Source: an uncultured Rhodospirillaceae bacterium (GTDB lineage Bacteria; Pseudomonadota; Alphaproteobacteria; MPNO01; UBA2964). Taken from it: 64,000 nt of DNA. A program made the translations under genes and the position numbers. Below are positions 1-10,019 of the stretch, piece after piece; position 1 is the stretch's first letter, and every line of letters starts with the position of its first letter. Where the stretch lies: positions 21,534 through 85,533 of the forward strand of contig CAZBKQ010000007.1 of assembly GCA_964492555.1 (NCBI GenBank), written 5' to 3'. The notes under the pieces were generated by a model, which was not told the DNA's origin, made no database searches, and saw only the letters and a program-made list of their open reading frames with translations.

Positions 1-431
1 TGGGTCGCCATGTTCATCTCGACATCGTGAAAGCGCAGCGTTTCCTCTTCCAGCGCCGGCCGGATGCGGCGCAGCACGGCGTGAATACGGGCGATCAGCT
101 CCTTATAGGAAAACGGCTTCGGCAGATAATCATCGGCGCCGGCGTTGAGCCCCCGCACGCGGTCGGCTTCCTCGCCCCGCGCGGTCAGCATGATGATCGG
201 GATGTTGCGCGTTTCCGGCCGGCGGCGGATGCGGCGGCAGACCTCGATGCCGGACAGGTTTGGCAGCATCCAGTCCAGCACGACCAGATCGACGGTGCGT
301 TCGGAAAGAACCAGAAGACCTTTCTCGCCGTCAAGCGCCTCGACAACGTCGAAGCCTTCGGCCTCCAGATTATACTTTAGCAGGGTGACGAGAGCGTTCT
401 CGTCTTCAACGACAAGCACGGTCGGTTTCAT
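1..431 (-). CDS. phoB: Phosphate regulon response regulator PhoB. The N-terminal receiver domain and start of the effector domain are present. The gene is truncated by the window edge.
   Basis: Reverse-complement translation from position 431 gives MKPTVLVVEDENALVTLLKYNLEAEGFDVVEALDGEKGL...DLVVLDWMLPNLSGIEVCRRIRRRPETRNIPIIMLTARGEEADRVRGLNAGADDYLPKPFSYKELIARIHAVLRR. It is absent from the ORF track because it is truncated. The ATG overlaps the phoU stop in an ATGA. Confidence 0.85.
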   Translation of the reverse strand, partial: MKPTVLVVEDENALVTLLKYNLEAEGFDVVEALDGEKGLLVLSERTVDLVVLDWMLPNLSGIEVCRRIRRRPETRNIPIIMLTARGEEADRVRGLNAGADDYLPKPFSYKELIARIHAVLRRIRPALEEETLRFHDVEMNMAT

Positions 432-1147
432 GTCTCGGATATACTGTCTGTCAGCAGGCGGTCGGATTTGGTCTGGCGGGTGCGCTGCTGCTGCATACGC
501 TCGCCTTCTACCATGTAATAGATCGTTTCGCAGATATTGGTGACGTGATCGCCGATGCGTTCGATATTCTTGGCGATGAACAGTACGTGCGAACAGGCGC
601 TGATACGGTGCGCGTCTTCCATCATGTAAGTCAGCAATTCGCGGAACAGGCTGACATACATCTCATCGACTTCCCGGTCTGCGTTCCAGACGCGCTGCGC
701 CTTTTCGGCATCCTGTTCGATATAGGCGTCGATGCAGTTCTTCATCATCGTCATGGTCAGCCGCCCCATCCGCGGGATGGCATGCACCGGGCGAATCGGG
801 TCGACTTCCGACAGGGGTATGGAGCGCCGCGCCATGCTGGTGGCGTAATCAGCAATCCGCTCCAGATCGGCGGACAATTTGAAGGTGGCGACAATATTTC
901 TCAAATCGCGCGCCATCGGTTGGCGCAGCGCCAGAAGCCGGACCGCCTGATTATCGATTTCATAATTCAGATCGTCGATCCGGTCGTCATCGTCGATGAT
1001 CTTGTAGGCAAGCTCCGTGTCACGCTCGACCAGCGCCTTCATGGCCCGTTCAATCTGGGATTCCACCAGCCCGCCCATCTCAACAATGGAATTATTGAGA
1101 CGTTCAATTTCTTCGTCATAGGATTTTACAATATGGTCTCGGGACAT
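428..1147 (-). CDS. phoU: Phosphate signalling complex protein PhoU.
   Basis: ORF 428..1279. Start refined to the internal Met (MSRDHIVKSYDEEIERLN...), about 240 aa, typical PhoU length and repeats. It lies in a pst-phoU-phoB operon. Confidence 0.9.
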   Translation of the reverse strand: MSRDHIVKSYDEEIERLNNSIVEMGGLVESQIERAMKALVERDTELAYKIIDDDDRIDDLNYEIDNQAVRLLALRQPMARDLRNIVATFKLSADLERIADYATSMARRSIPLSEVDPIRPVHAIPRMGRLTMTMMKNCIDAYIEQDAEKAQRVWNADREVDEMYVSLFRELLTYMMEDAHRISACSHVLFIAKNIERIGDHVTNICETIYYMVEGERMQQQRTRQTKSDRLLTDSISET

Positions 1148-1184
1148 TTTGCTGCTCCCATAAAGCCGGCCTGGGCAGGGCCGA

Positions 1185-2048
1185 TTATCCGAACCGGCCG
1201 GTGATATAGCCCTGCGTCCGCTCGTCCTGCGGGCTTGTGAAGATTTCCTCGGTAACGCCAAATTCCACCAGTTGCCCAAGATGAAAAAAGGCGGTGTGCT
1301 GAGAGACGCGCGCGGCCTGTTGCATGTTGTGGGTGACGATCACGATGGTGAAATTATCCCGCAGCTCGTCGATCAGCTCCTCGACATGGGCCGTGGCGAT
1401 CGGGTCCAGCGCCGAGCAGGGCTCATCCATCAGGATGACCTCGGGGCTGACGGCAATCGCGCGCGCGATGCAGAGACGCTGCTGCTGGCCGCCCGACAGG
1501 CCCGTGCCGGGCTCTTTCAGCCGGTCCTTGACCTCTTTCAACAGGCCCGCTTTTTCCAACGATGTGTGAACGATTTCGTCGAGTTCTGTCTGGTCGCTGG
1601 CCAGGCCGTGGATGCGGGGGCCATAAGCCACATTGTCAAATATCGATTTGGGAAACGGGTTCGGTTTCTGGAAAACCATGCCGATGCGCGCCCGCAATTC
1701 AACGACATCCAGGCTTGGGTCGTAAATGTCCCTGCCGTCGATCTGGACTTCGCCGCTGACGCTGCATCCGTCGATCGTGTCATTCATCCGGTTCAGACAG
1801 CGCAAATAGGTCGACTTTCCGCAACCCGACGGGCCGATAAGGGCGGTAACGTTTTGCCGCAGGATATCCAGGTTGATATCGAACAACGCTTGTTTCTCGC
1901 CATAGAACACGCAGACGTTTCGGGTAGACATTTTTATATCGTTCTTATCCATGTCCATTTGCAGCTTCGATTCTTCCATGGCGTCGTCGGGCGGGATTCT
2001 CCGCGTTGGCGGATCGAGATTAAGCCCTATCATATTTTCCTGGTTCAA
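1185..2048 (-). CDS. pstB: Phosphate ABC transporter ATP-binding protein PstB.
   Basis: Walker [19 protein letters not shown] signature and Walker [12 protein letters not shown]; it follows pstA. The true start may be an internal Met (MEESK at 1979 or MDMDK at 1958). Confidence 0.9.
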   Translation of the reverse strand: MNQENMIGLNLDPPTRRIPPDDAMEESKLQMDMDKNDIKMSTRNVCVFYGEKQALFDINLDILRQNVTALIGPSGCGKSTYLRCLNRMNDTIDGCSVSGEVQIDGRDIYDPSLDVVELRARIGMVFQKPNPFPKSIFDNVAYGPRIHGLASDQTELDEIVHTSLEKAGLLKEVKDRLKEPGTGLSGGQQQRLCIARAIAVSPEVILMDEPCSALDPIATAHVEELIDELRDNFTIVIVTHNMQQAARVSQHTAFFHLGQLVEFGVTEEIFTSPQDERTQGYITGRFG

Positions 2049-2078
2049 CGGACCATCCTCTTCAAAGAATTACAAGAC

Positions 2079-3359
2079 CTACCAGCGCCGCTCGAATTTT
2101 TTGCGTAACAGCACCGCGGCAAGGTTCATCACGATCAAAAAAGTCAGCAGGACAAGTGTCGCCGCAGCCGTTCGTTCGACAAAGGCGCGCTCCGGACTGT
2201 CCGCCCACAGGAAAATCTGTACCGGAAGCACCGTCGCGGAATCGGTAATGCCGGTAGGGATATCTACAATAAAGGCCACCATGCCGATCATCAGCAGCGG
2301 CGCGGTTTCACCCAATGCCCGGGCGGCTCCGATAATTGTGCCGGTAAGAATGCCGGGAAAGGCGAGCGGCAGTACATGGTGCAACACCACCTGCATGGGA
2401 GACGCGCCAATACCGGCGGCCGCTTCACGTATTGACGGCGGTACAGCGCCAAGCGCGGCACGCCCCGCGATAATCACCGTCGGCAGGGTCATCAACGCCA
2501 AAACGATGCCGCCAACCAGCGGCGCCGAGCGCGGCATGCCGAAAAAGCTCAGAAAAACGGCCAGCCCCAGAAGGCCGAACACGATGGACGGCACCGCGGC
2601 GAGGTTGTTGATGTTGACCTCGATCAGGTCGGTCCATTTGTTCTTGGGCGCGAATTCCTCCAGATACACCGCGGCCGCGACCCCCAGAGGAAAGGACAAC
2701 GCAAGCGTAACAAACATTGTCAGCAACGACCCCATGACCGCGCCCCAAATGCCCGCCAATTCCGGTTCGCGTGAGTCGCCATTGGTGAAAAATCTGAAAT
2801 TGAAATTCTGTCCGATGGTTCCTTCCGCGACCAGCTTGTCGATCCAGCCCGCCTGTTTGACCGAAATACGTCCCTGATTATCGGCCACGATATTTTTCTT
2901 GAGATATTGATCGACATCGTCCGAAGCGGCGATCTCCAGGGAGAAGGTTTTGCCGACAAGGCTCAGGTCTTGCGTCACGAGATGCTGCAGTTCAAACGCG
3001 GCGCCGCTGCTGATCAGCTTGTAAAGCGATCTGCGATCACGGCGTGACCGGACCTCCGGAAATTTCGCGCGCAGGCTCTGGCGGATATAGGCGTTGAAGT
3101 TGGCGTCCCCGATTGCCCGCCGGTCAACCTTTCCGTCCACCCGAAAGTCCTCGGTGGGCACTTCCACCGACAGGGTCAGATAGGCCTGGCTGAAGGCGGG
3201 AAGCCCCTGGGCAAGCATACTGCCAAGAAGAAGGCAAAGCGCCGCAATCGCGACCAATACGGAAATGATCCCGTACATCTTGAATCGGCGTTCCGCGGCG
3301 TAACGACGATGACGCCGCTGCGCGGCCAGCTCTGCCGTGTTTTTTCCGTCGACGGTCAT
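2079..3359 (-). CDS. pstA: Phosphate ABC transporter permease PstA.
   Basis: 426 aa multi-TM permease between pstC and pstB in the conserved pstSCAB order. Confidence 0.88.
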   Translation of the reverse strand: MTVDGKNTAELAAQRRHRRYAAERRFKMYGIISVLVAIAALCLLLGSMLAQGLPAFSQAYLTLSVEVPTEDFRVDGKVDRRAIGDANFNAYIRQSLRAKFPEVRSRRDRRSLYKLISSGAAFELQHLVTQDLSLVGKTFSLEIAASDDVDQYLKKNIVADNQGRISVKQAGWIDKLVAEGTIGQNFNFRFFTNGDSREPELAGIWGAVMGSLLTMFVTLALSFPLGVAAAVYLEEFAPKNKWTDLIEVNINNLAAVPSIVFGLLGLAVFLSFFGMPRSAPLVGGIVLALMTLPTVIIAGRAALGAVPPSIREAAAGIGASPMQVVLHHVLPLAFPGILTGTIIGAARALGETAPLLMIGMVAFIVDIPTGITDSATVLPVQIFLWADSPERAFVERTAAATLVLLTFLIVMNLAAVLLRKKFERRW

Positions 3360-3372
3360 TCCAGCGCGGCCC

Positions 3373-4755
3373 TCAATCGTATTTTTCTCTGTATTTGCGG
3401 ACGGTGCGTAACGCGATCACATTCAGAACCAGCGTTACGCAAAACAGGGCAAGCCCCAGCGCAAATGCCGCGAGCGTCTTGGCGCTGTCGAATTCCTGAT
3501 CTCCCACCAGGAGCGTGACGATTTGCACGGTGACCGTTGTAACGGCTTCCAATGGGTTTGCGGTCAAATTCGCGGCCAGCCCCGCCGCCATGACCACGAT
3601 CATGGTTTCGCCGATAGCGCGGCTGATTGCCAAGAGCACGCCCCCGACAATTCCCGGAAACGCGGCGGGGACGATCACCTGACGGACCGTTTCCGACTGG
3701 GTTGCGCCAAGCGCATAGGAACCGTCTCTCAAGGTCTGCGGGACAGCGTTTATAACGTCATCCGACAGCGAAGACACAAACGGAATAATCATCACCCCCA
3801 TGACCAGGCCGGCCGCAAGCGCGCTTTCGGAGGCCACATCGAGCCCGATATTCTCACCGAGTCCGCGAATAAAAGGCGCTACGGTCAAGGCCGCGAAAAA
3901 GCCGTAAACAACCGTCGGGATGCCGGCCAGGATTTCCAGGGCCGGTTTCAGAATGTCCCGTAATTTGCGTGGCGCGTATTCAGACAGGTAAATTGCGGAC
4001 ATCAGTCCGACCGGAACGGCGACAATCATGGCAATGACCGTGATCAGAATTGTGCCGGCGAATATCGGCACCGCGCCAAACGCGCCATCGCTCGCAACCT
4101 GATCGGCCCGGAGCGCTGTTTGCGGACTCCATTCCAGCCCGAACAAAAACTCGGTTACCGGGACCTTGCCGAAAAACCGGATGGTTTCAAATATCAGCGA
4201 GAGCACGATGCCGATGGTCGTCAGAATCGCGATCAGTGAAGCAACGACCAAACACGCATTAAATGCGCCCTCGACGAAATTTCTCGCTCTGAGCCGCGGC
4301 CTGATGCGCCGATGGGCCCAAAATAGCCCGCCGCAGGAAAATGCGAGGATGGCCGCGAACAAGGCAGCGTTGCCGGTCGCGCGCCATTCGTTAAACCGGG
4401 CGGCCGCGGCAATGACGACCGGGTCGTCACGGCGGCTGGTGATATTGCCGTCGGCAAGATTTGATACATCGTTCAACAGCAGGCCCAGCCGCTCAGGCGG
4501 CATATTCCGCTGTGCTTCCGGGAGCGACCCGACGACCAGGCTTTCAAGGAAATACGGTTGAAACGCCGCCCAGATCGCAAACAGGGCGATGGCCGGCAGC
4601 CCTGTCCAGAGGGCGACATAAAGACCGTAATATTGCGGCAATGAATGGAGCCCGCGAATGTCCCCGTTCACCAGGATCGCGGCCCGTCTGCGCCCGATAA
4701 AATGTCCAAAGACAATCAGAAGGGCGAGGATGCAGGCTATAAAGGCGGGGGACAT
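3373..4755 (-). CDS. pstC: Phosphate ABC transporter permease PstC.
   Basis: 460 aa multi-TM permease immediately downstream of pstS. Confidence 0.88.
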   Translation of the reverse strand: MSPAFIACILALLIVFGHFIGRRRAAILVNGDIRGLHSLPQYYGLYVALWTGLPAIALFAIWAAFQPYFLESLVVGSLPEAQRNMPPERLGLLLNDVSNLADGNITSRRDDPVVIAAAARFNEWRATGNAALFAAILAFSCGGLFWAHRRIRPRLRARNFVEGAFNACLVVASLIAILTTIGIVLSLIFETIRFFGKVPVTEFLFGLEWSPQTALRADQVASDGAFGAVPIFAGTILITVIAMIVAVPVGLMSAIYLSEYAPRKLRDILKPALEILAGIPTVVYGFFAALTVAPFIRGLGENIGLDVASESALAAGLVMGVMIIPFVSSLSDDVINAVPQTLRDGSYALGATQSETVRQVIVPAAFPGIVGGVLLAISRAIGETMIVVMAAGLAANLTANPLEAVTTVTVQIVTLLVGDQEFDSAKTLAAFALGLALFCVTLVLNVIALRTVRKYREKYD

Positions 4756-4835
4756 TTAAAAGGCGCTTTGTTTATCGACTGTTCCTACCAAAAAAAACCG
4801 GCGGTCCCGTCAGGGAACCGCCGGTAACCCACTCT

Positions 4836-5873
4836 CTACATTGAGAGCGGTGAAAGGGCTCGCGCCGCGGCGCGAACTTTTTTCCGTTCCGCGTCGGAAA
4901 GCGGGATCAACCCCTTGTCAACCAGATAGCCATCGGGCCCGAACGCCTTTTCGTTGGCGAAGGAGGCGACATATTCCTTTAACCCCGGGATTACCCCCGC
5001 GTGGGCATTTTTGACATAGAAGAAAAGCGACCGGGAAATCTTGTATTTGCCGGAAGAAATATTCTCGAAGGTCGGCGGCGTTCCGTTGATTTTCGAGCCT
5101 TTGACGCTGTCCGTGTTCTGATCAAGGAAGCTGAAGCCGAATATGCCGAAGGCGCTCGGATTGGCGACCAGCTTCTGGACGATCAGATTGTCGTTTTCGC
5201 CCGCCTCAACGAAGGCGCCGTCTTCCCGGATGCCGTGGCAAATGGCCTTGTATTTCTTCTTGGCGGTTTTCCGCATGGCCTTGATGGCCTTGAAGGTCTT
5301 GCAGCCGCCTTCCATGGCCAACTCGACAAACGCGTCGCGGGTGCCGGAGGTTGGTGGCGGGCCCAGGACTTCGATCTTGACCTTCGGAAGCGATGCATCG
5401 ATGTCGCTCCACATTTTATAGGGGTTGGGAATCAGTTTGCTTCCGTCCTTGTCCGCCGGTACTTGTCTGGCCAGCGCAAGGAACACGTGACGCAATGAAA
5501 AATCCGGTTTCGGCCCGGCCTTTGCGTTGGCGAGCACGATGCCGTCAAACCCTACCTTGACCTCGGTAATTTTTTCGACGCCGTTTCTGGCGCAGCGATC
5601 CACCTCGGATTTCTTGATACGGCGCGACGCGTTGGTAACGTCCGGATGCCCTACGCCCACACCCGCGCAAAACAGCTTTAATCCGCCGCCGGAACCGGTG
5701 GATTCGATGACCGGGGTCTTGAATTTGGTGGTTTTACCGAAGTTTTCAGCGACCGCCGTGGCGAACGGGAAAACCGTCGATGAACCAACGATGCGAATCT
5801 GATCGCGGGCTTGCGCGGAACCGGCGAAAACGGCAACGGCCGCCGCCGCAACGAGCAGGGATTTGTAAGCCAT
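4836..5873 (-). CDS. pstS: Phosphate ABC transporter substrate-binding protein PstS.
   Basis: ORF 4836..5909. Start refined to MAYKSLLVAAAAVAVFAGSAQA (signal peptide), preceded by an AAGGAG RBS. It carries the PBP-like phosphate-binding fold motif (GSSTVFPF...TGSGGG). Confidence 0.9.
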   Translation of the reverse strand: MAYKSLLVAAAAVAVFAGSAQARDQIRIVGSSTVFPFATAVAENFGKTTKFKTPVIESTGSGGGLKLFCAGVGVGHPDVTNASRRIKKSEVDRCARNGVEKITEVKVGFDGIVLANAKAGPKPDFSLRHVFLALARQVPADKDGSKLIPNPYKMWSDIDASLPKVKIEVLGPPPTSGTRDAFVELAMEGGCKTFKAIKAMRKTAKKKYKAICHGIREDGAFVEAGENDNLIVQKLVANPSAFGIFGFSFLDQNTDSVKGSKINGTPPTFENISSGKYKISRSLFFYVKNAHAGVIPGLKEYVASFANEKAFGPDGYLVDKGLIPLSDAERKKVRAAARALSPLSM

Positions 5874-5975
5874 TATGGAGCTCTCCTTGGGGAAGTGTTT
5901 CAGGTCCATATTGTTGCCATCCCGGCGGCACTCCCTATGCCGCGCCGGTGACGCAAATAACCTATGGCGTTCCCG

Positions 5976-6016
5976 TGACTGTTATATTTCAGTTATGTGA
6001 CAGTTATGTGACAGCC
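5976..6016 (-). promoter_or_regulatory. Tandem Pho boxes (PhoB binding site) upstream of pstS.
   Basis: On the pstS (minus) strand the region reads CTGTCACATAA-CTGTCACATAA-CTGAAATATAA-CAGTCAC. These are three 11-bp direct repeats matching the CTGTCAT-N4 Pho box consensus, about 100 nt upstream of the pstS start. Coordinates are +/-2 nt. Confidence 0.6.
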
Positions 6017-6081
6017 GTCATTTTTTCGGCGGAATTTCCGGTAAACCGAAGAATATTCGACGGGCGGTTGCCTTTGGCCCG

Positions 6082-7494
6082 TCAATCGTCAGAGCGCGGT
6101 TCCGGACCGCTTCGCCTCACCGGCAGATAAACCGTGAATGTGCTGCCCGAATTCGGCTCGCTCTCGATGGCGAGCGCGCCGCGATGCCGGTTGACGGCGT
6201 GCTTGACGATGGCGAGGCCAAGCCCCGTGCCGCCGCGTTGGCGCGATGCCTGGCTGTCGACGCGGTAAAAACGCTCCGTCAGGCGCGGGATGTGATCGGC
6301 GTCAATGCCCGGCCCTCTGTCCCGCACCGATATCGCGACATAAGGCAGGTTTCCGCTCAGCGCCGACGGCAGCTTCGCGATATCGGCCAGGCGTGCCGCG
6401 ATGTCGATTTCCGAATCGGGATTGCCATACTTGATGGCATTGTCCAACAGGTTCTGGAAGACCATCGACAAATCGTTCTTGTCGCCCGGCAGTTCGGGAA
6501 ACCCCTCGGCGATTTCGGTTCTGATTTTGATCGCCTGCTCCCGTGCCTTGATGGAAAGTGTGCTGACGACCTCTTCCAGCATATCGCTGATATCCACCGC
6601 CTGTGTCGGAACGGCGTGTTCGTTCATTTCAATACGGGATAACGACAGCAGATCGTCAACCAGACGCGACATCCGCTCCGCCTGATTCTCCATCAGTCCG
6701 AAAAACTGTTCCTGGGCTTCCGGATCATCCCGCGCCGCGCCGCGCAATGTCTGAAGGCTGCCGAGCAGCACCGACAGCGGGGTGCGCAATTCATGGCTGA
6801 CATTGGCGATGAAATCGGAACGCAGCGCCTCCGTGCGTTTCAGCTCGGTGATGTCGTAAAGCGCGATGACCACCGCGATATCGACATCGCCTTCTTCTTC
6901 CAGGGCGGAAATACGAGCGCTGAAATTACGCTCGACCGGAATGGTGAAATCGAACTCCACCTCGGCCGTGGACTCGTCTCCGGCCAGCACGCCGTCGACC
7001 GCCAGCAGGACATTGGGATTTCGTAATACGGTGGAGAGATCCCTGCCCAGAAGCGAGTCGCCCAGCAATTCATGCGCCGCCAAGTTCGCCCGGGTGATCC
7101 GCCTGTCCTCATTCAGCATCAGGACCGGATCGGGCAATCGGTCGAGCCCCGGCGTTGATCTGGTATTGGTCGCCGGCCGCGGCGCGGCGCGGGCCACGCT
7201 GACGGCGACGGTTTCGCGCATCCCGGTGACCAGCGGCGCCAGCGTGCCGCTGAAGACCAGCGGGGGCCGGGGCGCATCGGGATCGTCCCCCAGATTGCCG
7301 ATAAATTTCCTGAGGGCGGCGACATCGGACAGCAGCGCATGCACCAGAAGTCCGATACCGCCGGCCGCGGCCAGTACCGCGACAATCGCATGGGCAGTCG
7401 AAAATCCCTCCGCCGCCGCGAGCGCGACAATTACAAGCACCGCCGGCGAACACATCGCCAGCAAGGGTCGCCATATCCGGGCAAGGGATACCAC
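6082..7494 (-). CDS. phoR: Phosphate regulon sensor histidine kinase PhoR.
   Basis: The HisKA motif HELRTPLSVL, a PAS-like region and an HATPase_c C-terminus are present. It is the first gene of the phoR-pst-phoUB block. Start is uncertain: TTG at 7494 or ATG at about 7455. Confidence 0.85.
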   Translation of the reverse strand: MVSLARIWRPLLAMCSPAVLVIVALAAAEGFSTAHAIVAVLAAAGGIGLLVHALLSDVAALRKFIGNLGDDPDAPRPPLVFSGTLAPLVTGMRETVAVSVARAAPRPATNTRSTPGLDRLPDPVLMLNEDRRITRANLAAHELLGDSLLGRDLSTVLRNPNVLLAVDGVLAGDESTAEVEFDFTIPVERNFSARISALEEEGDVDIAVVIALYDITELKRTEALRSDFIANVSHELRTPLSVLLGSLQTLRGAARDDPEAQEQFFGLMENQAERMSRLVDDLLSLSRIEMNEHAVPTQAVDISDMLEEVVSTLSIKAREQAIKIRTEIAEGFPELPGDKNDLSMVFQNLLDNAIKYGNPDSEIDIAARLADIAKLPSALSGNLPYVAISVRDRGPGIDADHIPRLTERFYRVDSQASRQRGGTGLGLAIVKHAVNRHRGALAIESEPNSGSTFTVYLPVRRSGPEPRSDD

Positions 7495-7547
7495 CTGATC
7501 CGTATCCTTTGTCTGTGCCGGCCGCGCGCCCTCCGGCGCGCCGCCGC

Positions 7548-9872
7548 CTAGCTTATCGAATCATACGCCGCCAGGACCGCATTGGTCACGATGTCCGAAA
7601 CGCCGGCATCCAGCCGGGCGATCTGCACCGGCTTGTCCAGCCCGACCAGCATCGGGCCGATGACGGTCGCGCCGGCGAGCTTCTGCAGGATGCGCGAAGA
7701 AATCGACGCCGAAAACAAATCGGGCATGACCAGCACATTCGCGGGTCCTTCCAGCCGGTTGAACGGATAGATATCGCTCATCGCCGGATCCAGCGCCGTG
7801 TTGACCGAAATTTCGCCTTCATAAACGAATTTCCGCTTCTTTGAATCCAGAATGGCAACCGCTTCCCGGATCGTGTCGATGCGTTCGCTTTCCCTTCCGC
7901 CAAAGCTCGAATGCGAGACCAGCGCGACGCGGGGTTCGTGTCCCATCGTGCGCGCCCGTTCGGCGGCCTGCGCCGCGATCTCGGCAAGTTGCTGCGCGGT
8001 CGGGGTTTCATGGACGATGGTGTCGGCGATGAACACCGTGCGATCGCGCGCCGTGACGATCGACAGGCCGAAAAGCGACTCACCTTTTTTGATGTCGATG
8101 GCGCGCAGCACGTCGTTCCAGCTGGTCGGGGCATTGCGCGTCAGGCCGGTGACCATGCCGTCGGCGTCGCCCATCGCGATCATGCAGGCCGCGAAAATAT
8201 TCCTGTCGGTTACCACCATGCGCTGACAGTCACGCCGCAGATGGCCCCGTCGCTGCAGCCGTCCATAGAGGTAATCTGTATATTTGTCGTTGTTTTTGGA
8301 AAAGCGCGCATTGTGGATTTCGAGCTTGTCCGCGCCCGGCAGGCCAAGCTCCTTGATCTTATCCTTGACCCGGTCCTCCCGGCCGATCAGTACCGGTGTG
8401 CCGTATCCCGCATTGCGGAAGGTCAGCGCCGCCCGAATTACCGGTTCTTCTTCGCCCTCTGCGAAAACGATCCGCCGCGGGCGCCGCTTGACCGTCTCGA
8501 AGATATTGTGGAGCCGCCCGACGGTTGGATCCATCCGCTGCGCCAGCGCGTGGCGATAAGTTTCCATATCGGCGATCTCTGTCCGTGCCACGCCGGTCTT
8601 TATCGCGGCCTCGGCCACTGCGGGCGGCACGGCGGTAATCAGCCTCGGGTCGAACGGCGTCGGGATCAGATAATCCTGACCGAAGGTCAGCCGCCGGCCC
8701 GAATAGGCGCCCGCCACCTCATCGGGCACATCTTCCCGCGCCAGGTCCGCCAGGGCACGGGCGGCGGCGATTTTCATCTCATCATTGATGCGCCGCGCGC
8801 GGACGTCGAGCGCCCCCCGGAAAATATAGGGAAAGCCCAGCACATTATTGATCTGGTTGGGATAATCGGACCGGCCGGTGGCGATGATCGCATCGTCGCG
8901 CGCCGCGCGCGCGTCTTCCGGTGTGATTTCGGGGTCGGGGTTCGCCAGCGCGAAAATTATCGGCGCCTTGGCCATCGATTTGACCATCTTCTGGGTCACC
9001 GCGCCGCCGACGGAAACGCCGAAGAAAATATCCGCGCCTTTCATGGCGTCTTCCAGTGTCCGCGCGTCGGTGTCGATGGCAAAGGCCGACTTCCACTGGT
9101 TCATGCCGGCCTCTCGGCCCTGATGGACGACGCCCCGGGAATCGCACAGCACGACATTTTTCCTCGGCAGCCCCATCGCAATAAACAGATCCAGGCAGGC
9201 GATGGCCGCCGCGCCGGCGCCGTTGACCACAACCTTGGGCTCTTTCAGCTTGCGCCCGGTAATTTCCAGCGCGTTCAGCAGCCCGGCCGCGGCGATCACC
9301 GCGGTGCCGTGCTGATCGTCATGGAATACCGGAATGTCCATTAACTCGCGCAGCCGTTCCTCGATGATAAAGCAGGCCGGCGCCGCGATGTCCTCCAGAT
9401 TGATTCCGCCGAAACCGGGGCCCAGATACCGGACGCAATTGACGAACTCATCGATGTCCGATGTGTCCACTTCCAGATCGACCGCGTCGATATCCGCGAA
9501 ACGCTTGAACAGGACGCATTTGCCTTCCATCACCGGCTTTGCGCCCAGTGCCCCTAGATCACCCAGCCCCAGTACCGCGGTGCCGTTGGAAATCACCGCG
9601 ACCATGTTGCCCTTGTTGGTGTATTCGAAGGCGGTGTTTTCGTCCCTGGCGATTTCAAGGCAGGGCGCGGCGACGCCCGGCGAATAGGCCAAAGACAGAT
9701 CGCGCTGCGTGGTGATCGGTTTCAGCGGCTGGATCGACAGCTTGCCGGGCGGCGGGCCGGCATGAAGCGCCAGTGCCTCGCGTTCCAGATTCGAAATAGT
9801 CGCCTTGTTCGAGCTGTTCTTTTTTGCCGCCGCCTTTTTCCGCGCCGCGGTCTTTTTCGCCTTCCGAGCCAT
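7548..9872 (-). CDS. maeB: NADP-dependent malic enzyme (malic enzyme domain fused to a phosphotransacetylase-like domain).
   Basis: ORF 7548..9938. Start refined to Met22 (MARKAKK...). The match to E. coli MaeB begins at ...[41 protein letters not shown]; the C-terminal half is PTA-like. Confidence 0.85.
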   Translation of the reverse strand: MARKAKKTAARKKAAAKKNSSNKATISNLEREALALHAGPPPGKLSIQPLKPITTQRDLSLAYSPGVAAPCLEIARDENTAFEYTNKGNMVAVISNGTAVLGLGDLGALGAKPVMEGKCVLFKRFADIDAVDLEVDTSDIDEFVNCVRYLGPGFGGINLEDIAAPACFIIEERLRELMDIPVFHDDQHGTAVIAAAGLLNALEITGRKLKEPKVVVNGAGAAAIACLDLFIAMGLPRKNVVLCDSRGVVHQGREAGMNQWKSAFAIDTDARTLEDAMKGADIFFGVSVGGAVTQKMVKSMAKAPIIFALANPDPEITPEDARAARDDAIIATGRSDYPNQINNVLGFPYIFRGALDVRARRINDEMKIAAARALADLAREDVPDEVAGAYSGRRLTFGQDYLIPTPFDPRLITAVPPAVAEAAIKTGVARTEIADMETYRHALAQRMDPTVGRLHNIFETVKRRPRRIVFAEGEEEPVIRAALTFRNAGYGTPVLIGREDRVKDKIKELGLPGADKLEIHNARFSKNNDKYTDYLYGRLQRRGHLRRDCQRMVVTDRNIFAACMIAMGDADGMVTGLTRNAPTSWNDVLRAIDIKKGESLFGLSIVTARDRTVFIADTIVHETPTAQQLAEIAAQAAERARTMGHEPRVALVSHSSFGGRESERIDTIREAVAILDSKKRKFVYEGEISVNTALDPAMSDIYPFNRLEGPANVLVMPDLFSASISSRILQKLAGATVIGPMLVGLDKPVQIARLDAGVSDIVTNAVLAAYDSIS

Positions 9873-10019
9873 GATGAGCCGTACCTCCCCGACCGTAATC
9901 CCGTCAATGTGATGGCAACGGCGCGTCGGCGCAAGCATTTGGCGCGTCTGTCACGAAGTCTTCATCGAGTTCGGGCGCGGCGGATGACGCACCCGGCGCG
10001 CGGATGATATCCTCAACCC

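Noticed and set aside
27-543. Two plus-strand ORFs (27..380 and 145..543) at the left edge.
   Set aside because: They overlap the clearly recognisable phoB (minus strand) in other frames and have low-complexity Arg and Ser-rich composition.
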